A stretch of DNA of 63,029 nt, the filler included, from Octopus bimaculoides (lineage: Eukaryota): the NCBI RefSeq assembly GCF_001194135.2. It is 12 parts of 11 records of this genome, joined end to end, with 100 filler letters (N's around TTAATTAATTAA, not from the genome) between each part and the next. Parts side by side here need not be neighbours in the genome. Positions count along the whole stretch, not along the records: positions 29,810 to 42,993 come from NC_069008.1; positions 43,094 to 50,609 come from NC_069000.1; positions 50,710 to 56,641 come from NC_068989.1; 9 more parts are not named here. The stretch is one strand, 5' to 3'. The notes under the pieces were generated by a model. That model saw only the letters and a list, made by a program, of their open reading frames with translations, did no database searches and was not told the origin of the DNA. Position numbers and translations under genes: made by a program. Of this stretch, positions 37,789 to 50,733 are shown piece by piece; the stretch's first letter is position 1, and every line of letters begins with the position of its first letter.

Positions 37789-39955
37789 TGAATAATAATA
37801 ATAGTAATAATAACAATAATAATAATGATAATACTAGTGATGATGATGATGATGATGATGATGATAAATAAGGCATTATAAATAAACAGCAGGGTATGCT
37901 ATGGTGGTAACAGAAACACGTGTTGGGAATAGCAGACTAAGCCATGGGTTACAAGATCAAACTACTACGCAGATAGACAACCCACACATCTATATACACA
38001 AGTATAGTCTGTGATCGTGCACACGTGTGTGTGTTTGCGTGTATGTGTGTGTGTGTGCGTGTGTGTGTTGTCTTGTTGACCTCTGCATGAGTGAGCAGAA
38101 GAAATATGTTGCTGGAGTTTTATGTTCCTGGCTTGCTGGTTTCAGCGTTTAGATTAAACTATAAACCCCTTCCAAAGGGAGAACTTGTGTTCAAATTGCA
38201 AGGATACAATCTCCAATAGCTGAAGTCTTTCAGTTCATGACATTTCATATGTGAAATTACTGTGTGTGTGTGTGTGTGTGTGTGTAAGCATGTATGCATG
38301 TGTTTATGTGTGTGTGTATATATATGTTTGTATGTATGTATGTATGTGTGCATGTNNNNNNNNNNNNNNNNNNNNNNNNNNNNNNNNNNNNNNNNNNNNN
38401 NNNNNNNNNNNNNNNNNNNNNNNNNNNNNNNNNNNNNNNNNNNNNNNNNNNNNNNNNNNNNNNNNNNNNNNNNNNNNNNNNNNNNNNNNNNNNNNNNNNN
38501 NNNNNNNNNNNNNNNNNNNNNNNNNNNNNNNNNNNNNNNNNNNNNNNNNNNNNNNNNNNNNNNNNNNNNNNNNNNNNNNNNNNNNNNNNNNNNNNNNNNN
38601 NNNNNNNNNNNNNNNNNNNNNNNNNNNNNNNNNNNNNNNNNNNNNNNNNNNNNNNNNNNNNNNNNNNNNNNNNNNNNNNNNNNNNNNNNNNNNNNNNNNN
38701 NNNNNNNNNNNNNNNNNNNNNNNNNNNNNNNNNNNNNNNNNNNNNNNNNNNNNNNNNNNNNNNNNNNNNNNNNNNNNNNNNNNNNNNNNNNNNNNNNNNN
38801 NNNNNNNNNNNNNNNNNNNNNNNNNNNNNNNNNNNNNNNNNNNNNNNNNNNNNNNNNNNNNNNNNNNNNNNNNNNNNNNNNNNNNNNNNNNNNNNNNNNN
38901 NNNNNNNNNNNNNNNNNNNNNNNNNNNNNNNNNNNNNNNNNNNNNNNNNNNNNNNNNNNNNNNNNNNNNNNNNNNNNNNNNNNNNNNNNATATATATATA
39001 TATATATATATATATAGGTGAAGTATATTTGCCACTTAAATGTGGCTGACCCCTAAAGGTGGATGTTACTGTTGCTTTTAGCCCCAGGAGAACATCTCCT
39101 CCAGCTGTGTCCTGTCTGTATTTGCAAAAGGAAGTCATCCTTCCCATCTTGATCTGCGATACGCACGAACTCAAGTTTCTAGGTATTTACCTGTCCTCAG
39201 CGTACGACAATCGCCGACCTTCGATGCGAAAGATTTCCCTTTGCAGATACTTATATCTTTTTCCAGTGAAATTGTTTATTTAATATATATATTTAAAATG
39301 TGGAAAGCCAGTTTATGGGATTATCTTAGGTTTTCTGTCCATAAAGGATTTAGCTTCATGGCATATCATCAAATTCCAAAACCTATTAGCCCATCTCTTC
39401 AAAATATGGAGGGGCAAAATCCTATAAACCAGACTTTCCCATTTTTAATATATACTGCTCTACATCTTAGAGTGTGCTTCGTCTTTTGGATCTATGTTTT
39501 CTACAAATGATATATATATACATATATATACATACATGCATGCATTATTCATATATGTATATATATATATATATACATACATACATACATACACAGAGAC
39601 ACACACATGTATATGTATGGAAAACAAATGTTACATGAATGATACATACACATATATATATATTCACACACACACATACATATGCATATATATATGTATA
39701 TATATATATATATGTGTATATATATGTGTATATATATATATATATATATACATAAACACTTCTACAGCTATTACTACTGGTACTAAATCTAGTGTTTGTG
39801 AGGCAGGAGATGAAATCATTGCCACAACGCAGCACAGATGGTGAGGCGGGGGAGGAAAAAAAAAAAAAAGAAACAACACCATGCCAGACACGTGCGATGC
39901 GGGGTTGGTGGTGATATTCCGACGGACTCGAAATACATTCCGCAGCAGGTCTTAC

Positions 39956-40092
39956 CTCTGGGACCGTTTCACGGGTCTCCGTTGAAAAGCAGCGCAGGCG
40001 CAGATAGCATCCGTATCGCTGTCCAAACGTGGCTTGCCGGTCTGTTGCTGGTGGTCGTGGAACAACGACGACGACGATGAAGACTGTGGTGG
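39956..40092 (-). CDS. Candidate host-gene exon, 3' part only (5' side lost in gap); product unknown
   Basis: GC/CpG-rich unique sequence encoding PPQSSSSSSLFHDHQQQTGKPRLDSDTDAICACAAFQRRPVKRSQR and ending at a strong AG|GTAAGA donor at 39955. Poly-Q/H coding-like sequence lies across the gap. Confidence 0.4.
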
Positions 40093-40497
40093 NNNNNNNN
40101 NNNNNNNNNNNNNNNNNNNNNNNNNNNNNNNNNNNNNNNNNNNNNNNNNNNNNNNNNNNNNNNNNNNNNNNNNNNNNNNNNNNNNNNNNNNNNNNNNNNN
40201 NNNNNNNNNNNNNNNNNNNNNNNNNNNNNNNNNNNNNNNNNNNNNNNNNNNNNNNNNNNNNNNNNNNNNNNNNNNNNNNNNNNNNNNNNNNNNNNNNNNN
40301 NNNNNNNNNNNNNNNNNNNNNNNNNNNNNNNNNNNNNNNNNNNNNNNNNNNNNNNNNNNNNNNNNNNNNNNNNNNNNNNNNNNNNNNNNNNNNNNNNNNN
40401 NNNNNNNNNNNNNNNNNNNNNNNNNNNNNNNNNNNNNNNNNNNNNNNNNNNNNNNNNNNNNNNNNNNNNNNNNNNNNNNNNGTTGCTGTTGTTGTTG

Positions 40498-40529
<32 letters not shown>

Positions 40530-41300
40530 GCAACACGGGTTTTAGGGGTGTGGCTGTTGGTGTTGTTTTTAATGCTGGTGGTGGACTTATTGACTGGCTG
40601 TTTGTGTGTAGTGACCAATGGGCAGTTTGTGAGAGTGGACATTGGTCAGCAGAGGGTGATAGTATTGGTGGTGGTGACAGGAGTGTTGAATGGTATTCAT
40701 GTGTGTTGTGTTGATGGTGGTGGTGACGGTGGTATATGGTGATGGTATGATGGTATGGTGATGGTGATGGTGATGATGGCACAAAGGTGGTGGTAACACG
40801 ATGGTGATGGTGGCATGATGGTAGTGGTAGCGATGGTAGTGGTAATGTGATGATGTTGTTGGTGTGTGAGATGGTGGTGGTGTTGATGGCGATGATGGAA
40901 ATAGTGGTAGTGTTTGGTATTGATAGTGATGATGATGATGATGGTAGTGTTGACGACCATGGCGGTGGTGGTGGTGGTGGTGGTGTCGATGATGATAGTG
41001 TTGGTGATGGTGGCAGTGGTGGTTAGTTAGTATTGGCAGTTTTAGCAGTGGTGTTGTAGCGTGGGATGCAATAGTATTGACGGACAGACAGGGATGTGGC
41101 ACGGTGTACAGTGGACAGCGAGTGGTATAACGTGCCAGGAACGGAGACGAAAAAGAGATGGAAATTTTGGAGGAGGAAAAAAAAAAAAGGAGAAAAAGGA
41201 GGAAAAAAAGAAAGAAAGAAAAACAAAAAGGAAATGATAATATGAGAAATAATTGAGAAAAACAGAAAAAAAAGAATAAAATAACAACAACAACAACAAC

Positions 41301-41335
<35 letters not shown>

Positions 41336-41336
<1 letters not shown>

Positions 41337-41577
41337 TCTTTCTATTATAGGCACAAGGCCTGAAATTTTTGGGCAAAGGATGGGGGTGGGGGACGGAGGG
41401 GAGTCTAGTCGATTACAACGACTCCAGTGTTTCACTGGTACTTAATTTAATCGACCCTGAAAGGATGAAAGGCAAAGTTGACCTCAGCAGAATTTGAACT
41501 CAGAGCGTAACGGCAGATGAAATACCGCTAAGCATTTCGCCCGGCGTCCCTAACGTTTCCGCCAGCTCGCCGCCCTA
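41336..41577 (-). mobile_element. Full-length Meta/MESC-like tRNA SINE with (TTA)n tail
   Basis: Head ggcggcgagctggc, B-box-like gagttcaaattc, central domain, tail ccttgtgcctataatagaaagaattattatt. Confidence 0.88.
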
Positions 41578-41839
41578 AATAATCAAATAATAATATTAAT
41601 AATATTATTATCATCAAATAATAATATTAATAATTTCTTTTATTGGCCACAAGGGTCCAAGATATAAAAGAACAATGTCAAAGGATGAGATATAACACAC
41701 ACACACAAAAAAAAAAAAAGTGAGGTTAACATTGATCAAAAGTAGACACTGCAATGATTGAGGGATATAAATAATTAATAAATAAACAAAACCCCCAAGA
41801 ATGGGGCAGATCCACTTAGGGTAATTCTGGTAAATCCCC

Positions 41840-41871
<32 letters not shown>

Positions 41872-42151
41872 CTTCAGGAGGAGTTACCTCAATCCTTTCT
41901 ATATTAACCAAAATGAAGTAGATTGACAAATTTATTTTTTGAACCCGTTGAAGACACACAAGATGTCGAAATATCGTTCACTAAATAACAATGGCACTCT
42001 TCTTTTAATTTTGACTCTAATAATAATAAATAATAATAATAATAATAATAATAATCTTTTTTACAATAGGCATAATGATAATAATAATAATAACAACAAC
42101 AACATTGAAAAATACCCTAGGAATGAGAACCCAGGTTTGAAATTTCCCCAA

Positions 42152-42197
42152 GGCACCTGATGAGGGCTGGAGGGTATATCGGCCGAAACGTTGTGTT
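42152..42197 (+). ncRNA. Minimal type I hammerhead ribozyme motif within a short repeat (~42100-42250)
   Basis: ggcac-CTGATGA-G-ggctg(gagggtatat)cggcc-GAAAC-GT-T-gtgtt. Catalytic core intact, stems I and II can form with G-U pairs, stem III is the self-complementary ACGU type. Confidence 0.65.
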
Positions 42198-42584
42198 AAC
42201 AACAAACAAGATGAGGACAAATATCCGTCAAATGTAAATATTGTGAATAGGCACAAGGTTTGAAATTTTGTGGGGGGCAGGGATAGTCAAGTGTGTCAGT
42301 CCTAGTTTTCAACTAGTAGTAATTGTATTAAGCGTGCAAGGATGAAAGATAAAGCTTGACCTCGGTGGAATTTGAACTCTGAATGTAAAGTTGGAAGGAA
42401 TGCTAAGCATTTTGTCTGATATGCTAATAATTCTACCAGGTCATTACCTTAACCTGAACAACGCTGCCACCACCACCAACAGCAGCGATAATGTAGAGTA
42501 AACATTCAAACATCGTCACTATCTTTCCAAAACCTGCTGCATTTCACATGGAAATTTTCATCCCCTGAAGTTGTCTCTGTATAT

Positions 42585-42950
42585 CTTTTATCTTTTACTT
42601 GTTTCAGTCATCTGACTGCAGTCATGCTGGAGCACTGCGCTCCCTGAAGGATTTATCTTTTCTTAAGCTTGGTACTTATTTTATCGGTCTCCTTTATTGA
42701 ACCACTAAGTTACGCGGACGTAGACACACCAACACCAGTTGCCAAGTTGGAGTGGAGAGAGACAAACACCGACACACAGATCTATACATATACATACAAC
42801 AGGCTTCTTTCAGTTTCCATCTACCAACTCCACTAACAAGGCTCTGGTCATCCTGAGGCTATAGTAGAAGACACTTGCCCAAGGTTCTATGCAGTGGGAC
42901 TGAACCCAGAACCATTTGGTTGGGAAGGAAACTTCTTACCACACAGCCAT
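42585..42950 (-). mobile_element. OR-type CORE-like SINE
   Basis: Collinear with 36172-36580. Confidence 0.82.
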
Positions 42951-42951
42951 A

Positions 42952-42993
<42 letters not shown>

Positions 42994-43754
42994 NNNNNNN
43001 NNNNNNNNNNNNNNNNNNNNNNNNNNNNNNNNNNNNNTTAATTAATTAANNNNNNNNNNNNNNNNNNNNNNNNNNNNNNNNNNNNNNNNNNNNCACAAGG
43101 AGAAAGTAGTACACACACACATGCAAACATACACATACACACACATATAAACACGAACACAAATACAAGAATATGCAGAATACATACATACAAACGTACA
43201 CACATACATGCATATATGCATACACGCACACATACATGCATGCGCACAAGTACATACATACATACATACATACATACATACATACATACATGTATGCGCA
43301 CGCACACTGACCCACACACACTGACCCACACACACACGCACAAACAAATGAAAAGAACGTATCTTGGATAACGGACAGAGTCAATGATTATTGAAAAGGT
43401 TGCAAGACGCAACGAAAATTTTAGAAAAAATAAATAAGTAAATGAGTGGAAACTTAACTGGTGCGTGTGTTAAATAATAAGGCACTAAAAGAGAAAGACT
43501 CTGTATTCGTGTTTGTATCCAAATCGTTTGGCAAACGGTGTTAGTTTGTTTACGTTCTAGTATTCTAGCGGTTTCGACGAAACGAGTTCTGTTGACTACG
43601 TAATAGACTGAAAACAAGTGTTCGATTCGATCGAAGCCTTTTAGGTGGTGCTCCAGTATAACCGCAGGCCAACGCATGAAACGAGGGCTAAAAGAATGTA
43701 TGCGCACGCGAGCACACACACATGCAGAGACATATACACACAGACACTGGCACA

Positions 43755-43790
<36 letters not shown>

Positions 43791-43991
43791 CACACACAGA
43801 CAGACACACAGACATACACACAGACACACACACATAGAGGCACACACAGAGATATACACAGATACACAAGCATACACACACACATACAGACACACACAAA
43901 TACAGTCATACACACAGACACACACACATAGACAAACACACCAGCATCGGTTGTCAAGCGATGGCGGGAGGACAAGCACAGACACTTAAAC

Positions 43992-44052
<61 letters not shown>

Positions 44053-44105
44053 TGCATACATACATACATACATACATATGTGTGTGTGTGTGTGTGTGTG
44101 TGAAG

Positions 44106-44181
<76 letters not shown>

Positions 44182-44203
44182 TATATATACACACACACAC
44201 ATA

Positions 44204-44460
44204 AAGGCGCATGGCTGAGTGGTTAAGGTGTTGCACTCACGAGTGCGAGATCGTGGGTTCGATTCCCAGTTCGGGCGTTGCGTTGTGCTCTTGAGCAAAG
44301 CACTTCATTTCACGTTGATCTGCGATCACTTCGGCATCTGACATGTGGCACCCAATTGCACCTGTACAAGTAATGTGGATTTGATGGAGGGAGTGAGCTT
44401 ATGTCTACAGAAACATTTGATCACTATAAACAAATCGTCTGTGTGGTTGTTCAGTAAGAA
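44204..44460 (+). mobile_element. tRNA-derived SINE, second family
   Basis: aaggcgcatggctgagtggttaagg (A box), gggttcgattccc (B box), then non-tRNA body. Confidence 0.82.
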
Positions 44461-44462
44461 AT

Positions 44463-45915
44463 TTAATTCTTTATTAGCCACTAGGGCCGACATAGAGGGA
44501 CAATACAGGACAGACAAAACATGGGGGTCAAAATAGCACATGGATGATGAAAGAGTAGAAATGATAAAAATGGAGTGATGGACACAGGGACCCCACAAAC
44601 CACGCATCATCACTGATCTTTTAGAATCACTGGTACTTACGTTCAATCACTGGTTACTTACATGTAACGAGGCAATACACTCTTTATTCACAAATCCGAA
44701 CAGATAAAATGGGTTGGAACAACATATGTTTAGCTAGTGTGTAACAACTGATGAAAAAGGAATGTCGCATTGTCTTCTGATTTTCTTTAATCATCTCACT
44801 TACCCATGTACCAAGGCATACACTTCCATTCACAGTACAGGACAGACAAAACGGGTTGAAGCAACATATGATTAAATAACATGTAACAATTGATGAAATG
44901 GAACATTACATTGTCTTTTGAGTTCGCTGGTGTTGGGGTGTGGAGGGGCTAATTATGTGTTGACGAGTGAATTTATGTATTGTTAGCCAGGGAAGTTTAT
45001 TTTTTCCTGGTGTTGCAGACGGTGACACGTCTTGTGTGAATTGCTTTGTTTGGGAAAAATGAGTAGAATGTTTGGGGTTTGTGTGTGTATGGTGTGGATG
45101 CAGGTTTCTGGTTGTCTTTGGTGGTCTTTTTTTATGAGTGCGAGGGGCGTACATTTCATTTTTCGTCTCTTTTTGACCATTGTCCATCCGTTGTCGCTTT
45201 CCTCGAACAAGGTTGGTGGTGGTTTCTTTTGGAGTGTCGCTCTTGAGGTTCTCTGCTTCCCTCTGTGGCACCTTTGATGTAGGCTGCTTTATCGTGGTGT
45301 TGGTCGACTTCTTTTTTTTCTTTCGGGTTGTCAGTCTGTGGTGGTTTGGTGGGTTGTTCCATTGTGGGGCTGACTGATTTCCTTTTGTATTTCTTCATGT
45401 AATCAGTTTGTGGTGGATTCATGGGTTGCTTCATTGCAGTGCTGGTTGACTCCTCCTTACTTTCTTTCGGGTTGTCAGACTGTGTGGGTCGCTAAGTGGA
45501 GGGGATGCTTCTGGTTGTAGGATCTGTGGGCACGTGGTTTTTATGTGGCCCTTTTGCCCACACATAAAGCACCTTGGACTTCTTCCCTCCACCATAACTC
45601 TTAGTATGGTCTCATCTGGTAGCGTTATTTGCTCTGGTATTTCTTCCAAGTCCCTCTAGGTGGCCTGGATTATTAGCTCCAGATCTTAGCCTCACCAGTT
45701 TTGTTGGTGTAGCTCTGTGACTTGCAGTAAGGAAATACTGCTTTCCAAATCATGTAAGACAGCCGCCACAAGCCACACCACAACAATTTCCGGTGGAATC
45801 TCCCTTATTTTTATTTTTGAAGTACGTCGACCCATATACGTGGGTAAGCAGCCCCAACTCGTTTGTCTCCAAAGGCACTGTGGAGTGCATTTGCTTCTTC
45901 TTCAGAAACGGACCT
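44463..45915 (-). mobile_element. Non-LTR retrotransposon ORF1 (gag-like, CCHC knuckle) followed directly by 3' UTR and polyA signal; HAL1-like
   Basis: PTYMGRRTSKIKIREIPPE..EEIPEQITLPDETILRVMVEGRSPRCFMCGQKGHIKTTCP, then GWTMVKKRRK. AATAAA on the minus strand at 44475-44470. No EN or RT motif lies between them. Confidence 0.7.
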
Positions 45916-46769
45916 CCTCATCCTCGGCGGAATTTTAACTCAGAACGCAAAGAGCCGAATGAAATACTGCCAAGCATTTTTCCCGGCGTGCGAATCATTC
46001 TACCCGCTCGCCGCCTCCATGACCATGTAAATATATATATATATATATATANNNNNNNNNNNNNNNNNNNNNNNNNNNNNNNNNNNNNNNNNNNNNNNNN
46101 NNNNNNNNNNNNNNNNNNNNNNNNNNNNNNNNNNNNNNNNNNNNNNNNNNNNNNNNNNNNNNNNNNNNNNNNNNNNNNNNNNNNNNNNNNNNNNNNNNNN
46201 NNNNNNNNNNNNNNNNNNNNNNNNNNNNNNNNNNNNNNNNNNNNNNNNNNNNNNNNNNNNNNNNNNNNNNNNNNNNNNNNNNNNNNNNNNNNNNNNNNNN
46301 NNNNNNNNNNNNNNNNNNNNNNNNNNNNNNNNNNNNNNNNNNNNNNNNNNNNNNNNNNNNNNNNNNNNNNNNNNNNNNNNNNNNNNNNNNNNNNNNNNNN
46401 NNNNNNNNNNNNNNNNNNNNNNNNNNNNNNNNNNNNNNNNNNNNNNNNNNNNNNNNNNNNNNNNNNNNNNNNNNNNNNNNNNNNNNNNNNNNNNNNNNNN
46501 NNNNNNNNNNNNNNNNNNNNNNNNNNNNNNNNNNNNNNNNNNNNNNNNNNNNNNNNNNNNNNNNNNNNNNNNNNNNNNNNNNNNNNNNNNNNNNNNNNNN
46601 NNNNNNNNNNNNNNNNNNNNNNNNNNNNNNNNNNNNNNNNNNNNNNNNNNNNNNNNNNNNNNNNNNNNNNNNNNNNNNNNNNNNNNNNNNNNNNNNNNNN
46701 NNNNNNNNNNNNNNNNNNNNNNNNNNNNNNNNNNNNNNNNNNNNNNNNNNNNNNNNNNNNNNNNNNNNN

Positions 46770-46807
<38 letters not shown>

Positions 46808-47855
46808 ATAATAATAATAATAATTCATATGTAAAGGCTAAGCGAGGTGTCTGGGTGTAACTACTGACGCTGTCATATCAAGCATATTTGTAAATATCAT
46901 ATCGGTAATTAATAGTAGCAATTATAATTATATATAACAAGCGAAACCCGTGGAATTCACACACACTCACACACACATGCACTACGTTATTACGTAAACT
47001 AGCAGACATACCGACCGGATTGTCGTCTTTCTGTTTGTGCGTAAAACAATATGTAATCCGATTATAACCAGACATTTGTGAGTTATTCTCACCAGAAGAA
47101 CAAAAGAATGGTACACCTCCTTGAATGACCCAAGCGAATTAGAATAGAGTTACCATTCTTTGTATTATCTTATATAGCGCTGGTTTCAACTAGCCTATCA
47201 TCTGGGTTTTATACAGAGCATTCACAGAGGCTGTACGCAGAAAGCATGTACTAAAAATGTACACGATATACTGTTATGGTCGTAAACAAAGCATATGAGA
47301 TGCATTCTAGAAGTTTTGAACCTTTTTTTTTATTTTTAGGCGAAGCAGTTATAACTGCCCAGGATTATTGCAATTTTTGTATATATTAACTATACATCTA
47401 ATAAGTTAACTATCAAATTTTGTTATTCCAGATTGAAGGAGATTTAGTGCACAAATATATATATATATATATATATANNNNNNNNNNNNNNNNNNNNNNN
47501 NNNNNNNNNNNNNNNNNNNNNNNNNNNNNNNNNNNNNNNNNNNNNNNNNNNNNNNNNNNNNNNNNNNNNNNNNNNNNNNNNNNNNNNNNNNNNNNNNNNN
47601 NNNNNNNNNNNNNNNNNNNNNNNNNNNNNNNNNNNNNNNNNNNNNNNNNNNNNNNNNNNNNNNNNNNNNNNNNNNNNNNNNNNNNNNNNNNNNNNNNNNN
47701 NNNNNNNNNNNNNNNNNNNNNNNNNNNNNNNNNNNNNNNNNNNNNNNNNNNNNNNNNNNNNNNNNNNNNNNNNNNNNNNNNNNNNNNNNNNNNNNNNNNN
47801 NNNNNNNNNNNNNNNNNNNNNNNNNNNNNNNNNNNNNNNNNNNNNNNNNNNNNNN

Positions 47856-47934
<79 letters not shown>

Positions 47935-48477
47935 CACACGTGTGTGTGTGTACCAAAGAGCAAAAATAAGAAAATACTTTCAGATGCTTATCATGGACAG
48001 CAGAAAGGAGGTATTTACATTTTTTTAATCAAAATATGCTACCGATTTCAATCGCTTAAAAAGACGATTTAGTCACGCTCAAATGAAAAAAAATGAAAAT
48101 TAGTTGAAATAAATTAAATTAAATCAATCTTTCAAGACAATAGCTCCGGAAGTTCACACGAATTTCTTACAATTCACATAATGCTGAAATTTCGCTTCCT
48201 TATGATTGTCGCACTATGTATATATATATGTATGCATATACAAATGCTTTTTAGGGTACACATTTGTTTCTTATTAGTGGGAGGGACAAAGGCAATTAAT
48301 TCCAACCCTCAGTACTTTATAAATAAAAATAATTTGAACGACTTCTTGAGGTCACGCGTTATTATTATTTAAAGACTCGAAGTTCCGATGCCATATTAAG
48401 TATTTGTTTCCGCTTTGCTTCACCTTGAGCTTACAAGCCCACACACATATACAGTGTGTGTGAGAGAGAGAGAAAGG

Positions 48478-48511
<34 letters not shown>

Positions 48512-48745
48512 GAAGTATTAAACAAAAAGAAGTCGGTCAATTACAATAAAAAATATACGAAAGGAAAAAAAATGCTTTTTCAAAATATTGTTAACTTATT
48601 TCACGCTTCGTAAGATTCACCATAATTCTGTCATGACGGAAAAGTCTATCACCCATTGTTCTAAATACACTGTTGTTTTGACATTTGCTAATTTAAGCGT
48701 CTACATATATAATCATTTTGTAAAATATTATTATTATTATTATTA

Positions 48746-49286
48746 TTGAGTGAGAGAAAGCAGCACACACCATCAAAGTGACACTGGGGTACAAAGCCCA
48801 ATATACCCCACATGACTACCCGTCTGACATGGGTACATCAGGCACATGCATCACAACCGCATGTGTGCGACATGGAGTCCTCGTATCAAGAGAAACAGTG
48901 CACGACTTCGCAAGTGGAGCCAAGTTAGAATTTTCTTCGGGTCGAGTAGCCCATTCCTCTCAAAAGGTACCTGAATAAAGTTTGTTTAAGGATCTCGAAC
49001 GGAACATCCATGTTTCCAGAGGTGAATCATTCAAGTCCCAAAGAATTCCTCTCAACACATGGCTATGTGCTCCCTCACTACTTCTGCTCGTGATTAGAGA
49101 TGCATATATCGTCAGCCACTGAGGGACATGCTCAACTGGTTAAGGTCAAACAACTGACAAGCAAATCTGTGGTATGGAGCAGAATATTTGCTGTAGCCCA
49201 TCTTTCACACCAAGACAAAACAATGTACATGATAACACTTCCGATCGGTTAATATAAGAAGCCATGAGAGCCACAGCTTGGTATTG

Positions 49287-49290
<4 letters not shown>
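48746..49290 (-). mobile_element. Non-coding ~545-bp element flanked by (TAA)n on both sides
   Basis: Homologous end to end with 1432-2337. No tRNA head and no ORF. Confidence 0.78.
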
Positions 49291-49371
<81 letters not shown>

Positions 49372-49900
49372 AAGGAGGTGAGCTGGCAGAATCGTTAGCA
49401 CGCTGGACGAAACGTTTCGCGCTATTTCGCCCGTCGTTACGTTCTGAGTTCAAATTCTGCCGAGGTTGACTTTGCCTTACATCCTTTCTGGGTCTATAAA
49501 ATAAGTACCAGCTGAACACTGTGGTCGATGTAATCGACTCATCCCTACCTCTCACAAGATGCGTTGTGGTAAAAATTTGAAATAATAATTATAATAATAA
49601 TGATACTACTACTACTACTACTACTACTACTAATAATAATAATAATAATTATTATTATTATCATCATCATCAAGGCGGTGAGCTGGCAAAATCGTTAGCA
49701 CGCTGGACGAAATGCTTACCGGTATTTCGTCCGTCTTTACATTCTGAGTTCAAATTCCGCCGAGGTCGACTTTGCCTTTCATCCGTTCAGGGTCGATAAA
49801 TTAAGTACCAGTTGCGTACTGGGGTCGATCTAATCGACTGTCCCCTTCCCCAAAACTTCGGGCCTTGTGACTAGAGTAGAAAAGATTATTATTATTATTA

Positions 49901-49956
<56 letters not shown>

Positions 49957-50110
49957 GTTGTTGTTGTTGTTGTTGTTATTAATATTCCGTTGTCTTTCGT
50001 TCTCTCGAGGTCAATGAAATAATTACCAGTCAAATACTGGGGTCGATGTAATCAACTTCCCTTTCCCCTCAACAGACTGCTGGCCCCGCCGTGCTAAAAT
50101 TTGAAACCGT
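49372..50110 (+). mobile_element. Head-to-tail cluster of three Meta/MESC-like SINEs separated by TTA/TAA/CTA tracts
   Basis: Copies at 49372-49585, 49672-49885 and a partial copy at 50000-50110. Confidence 0.85.
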
Positions 50111-50733
50111 TATTTATGGCTTTATCTACTTCAAGATTCACCCACCCCACCCACAAAAAAGGAGTTATGTCATGTTTTCTCGAAGTTTAGAAATTCCCCT
50201 GACGTCAACAATATACAGTTCCCGCTGAATAAAGTTTCTAAAATGTATTGAAAATTTCGAAGGATTATTATGGTAGAAAGTCGGTCATGTTTACAGGAGA
50301 CATGGGCTCGAGTCCTATGGGCAGCCTTTGCCATTTTATAAACCAATATTATCTTGTGATTATTTGTAGCTTTTCTATCATTAGAAAAGTTCAATCATTA
50401 GAAGCGAATTATTTCAAGTTCTCTCGACGTTTCTAAATTTTTATGACGTCAATTGTAATTACATAATTGTAATGTAATTACATATTGCTGTTTACTTTTA
50501 ATTTGTGCTGATGAAATATTCGGTCTGTCGAAAGAGTTAAAACAAGGGAAAAAGTACTAAACAAAAAATAACAACTAAAACAATAACATAAGCAAAAAAA
50601 AAAAAAAAANNNNNNNNNNNNNNNNNNNNNNNNNNNNNNNNNNNNNNNNNNNNTTAATTAATTAANNNNNNNNNNNNNNNNNNNNNNNNNNNNNNNNNNN
50701 NNNNNNNNNGTCGAAAAGTAACGAGCTGATATG

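Noticed and set aside
40587-41435. 282-aa His/Thr-rich minus-strand ORF
   Set aside because: Built from a SINE, a (TTA)n tract and CAC/CAT low-complexity sequence. No acceptor AG was seen over most of its length.
47101-47162. 11-bp inverted repeat aaagaatggta/taccattcttt
   Set aside because: Short, AT-rich, poorly paired interior, expected by chance.
50505-50540. CTGATGAA..CGAAAG hammerhead-like core, with similar traces near 53005 and 56060
   Set aside because: Stems do not pair in these copies, so they cannot be supported without a family consensus.
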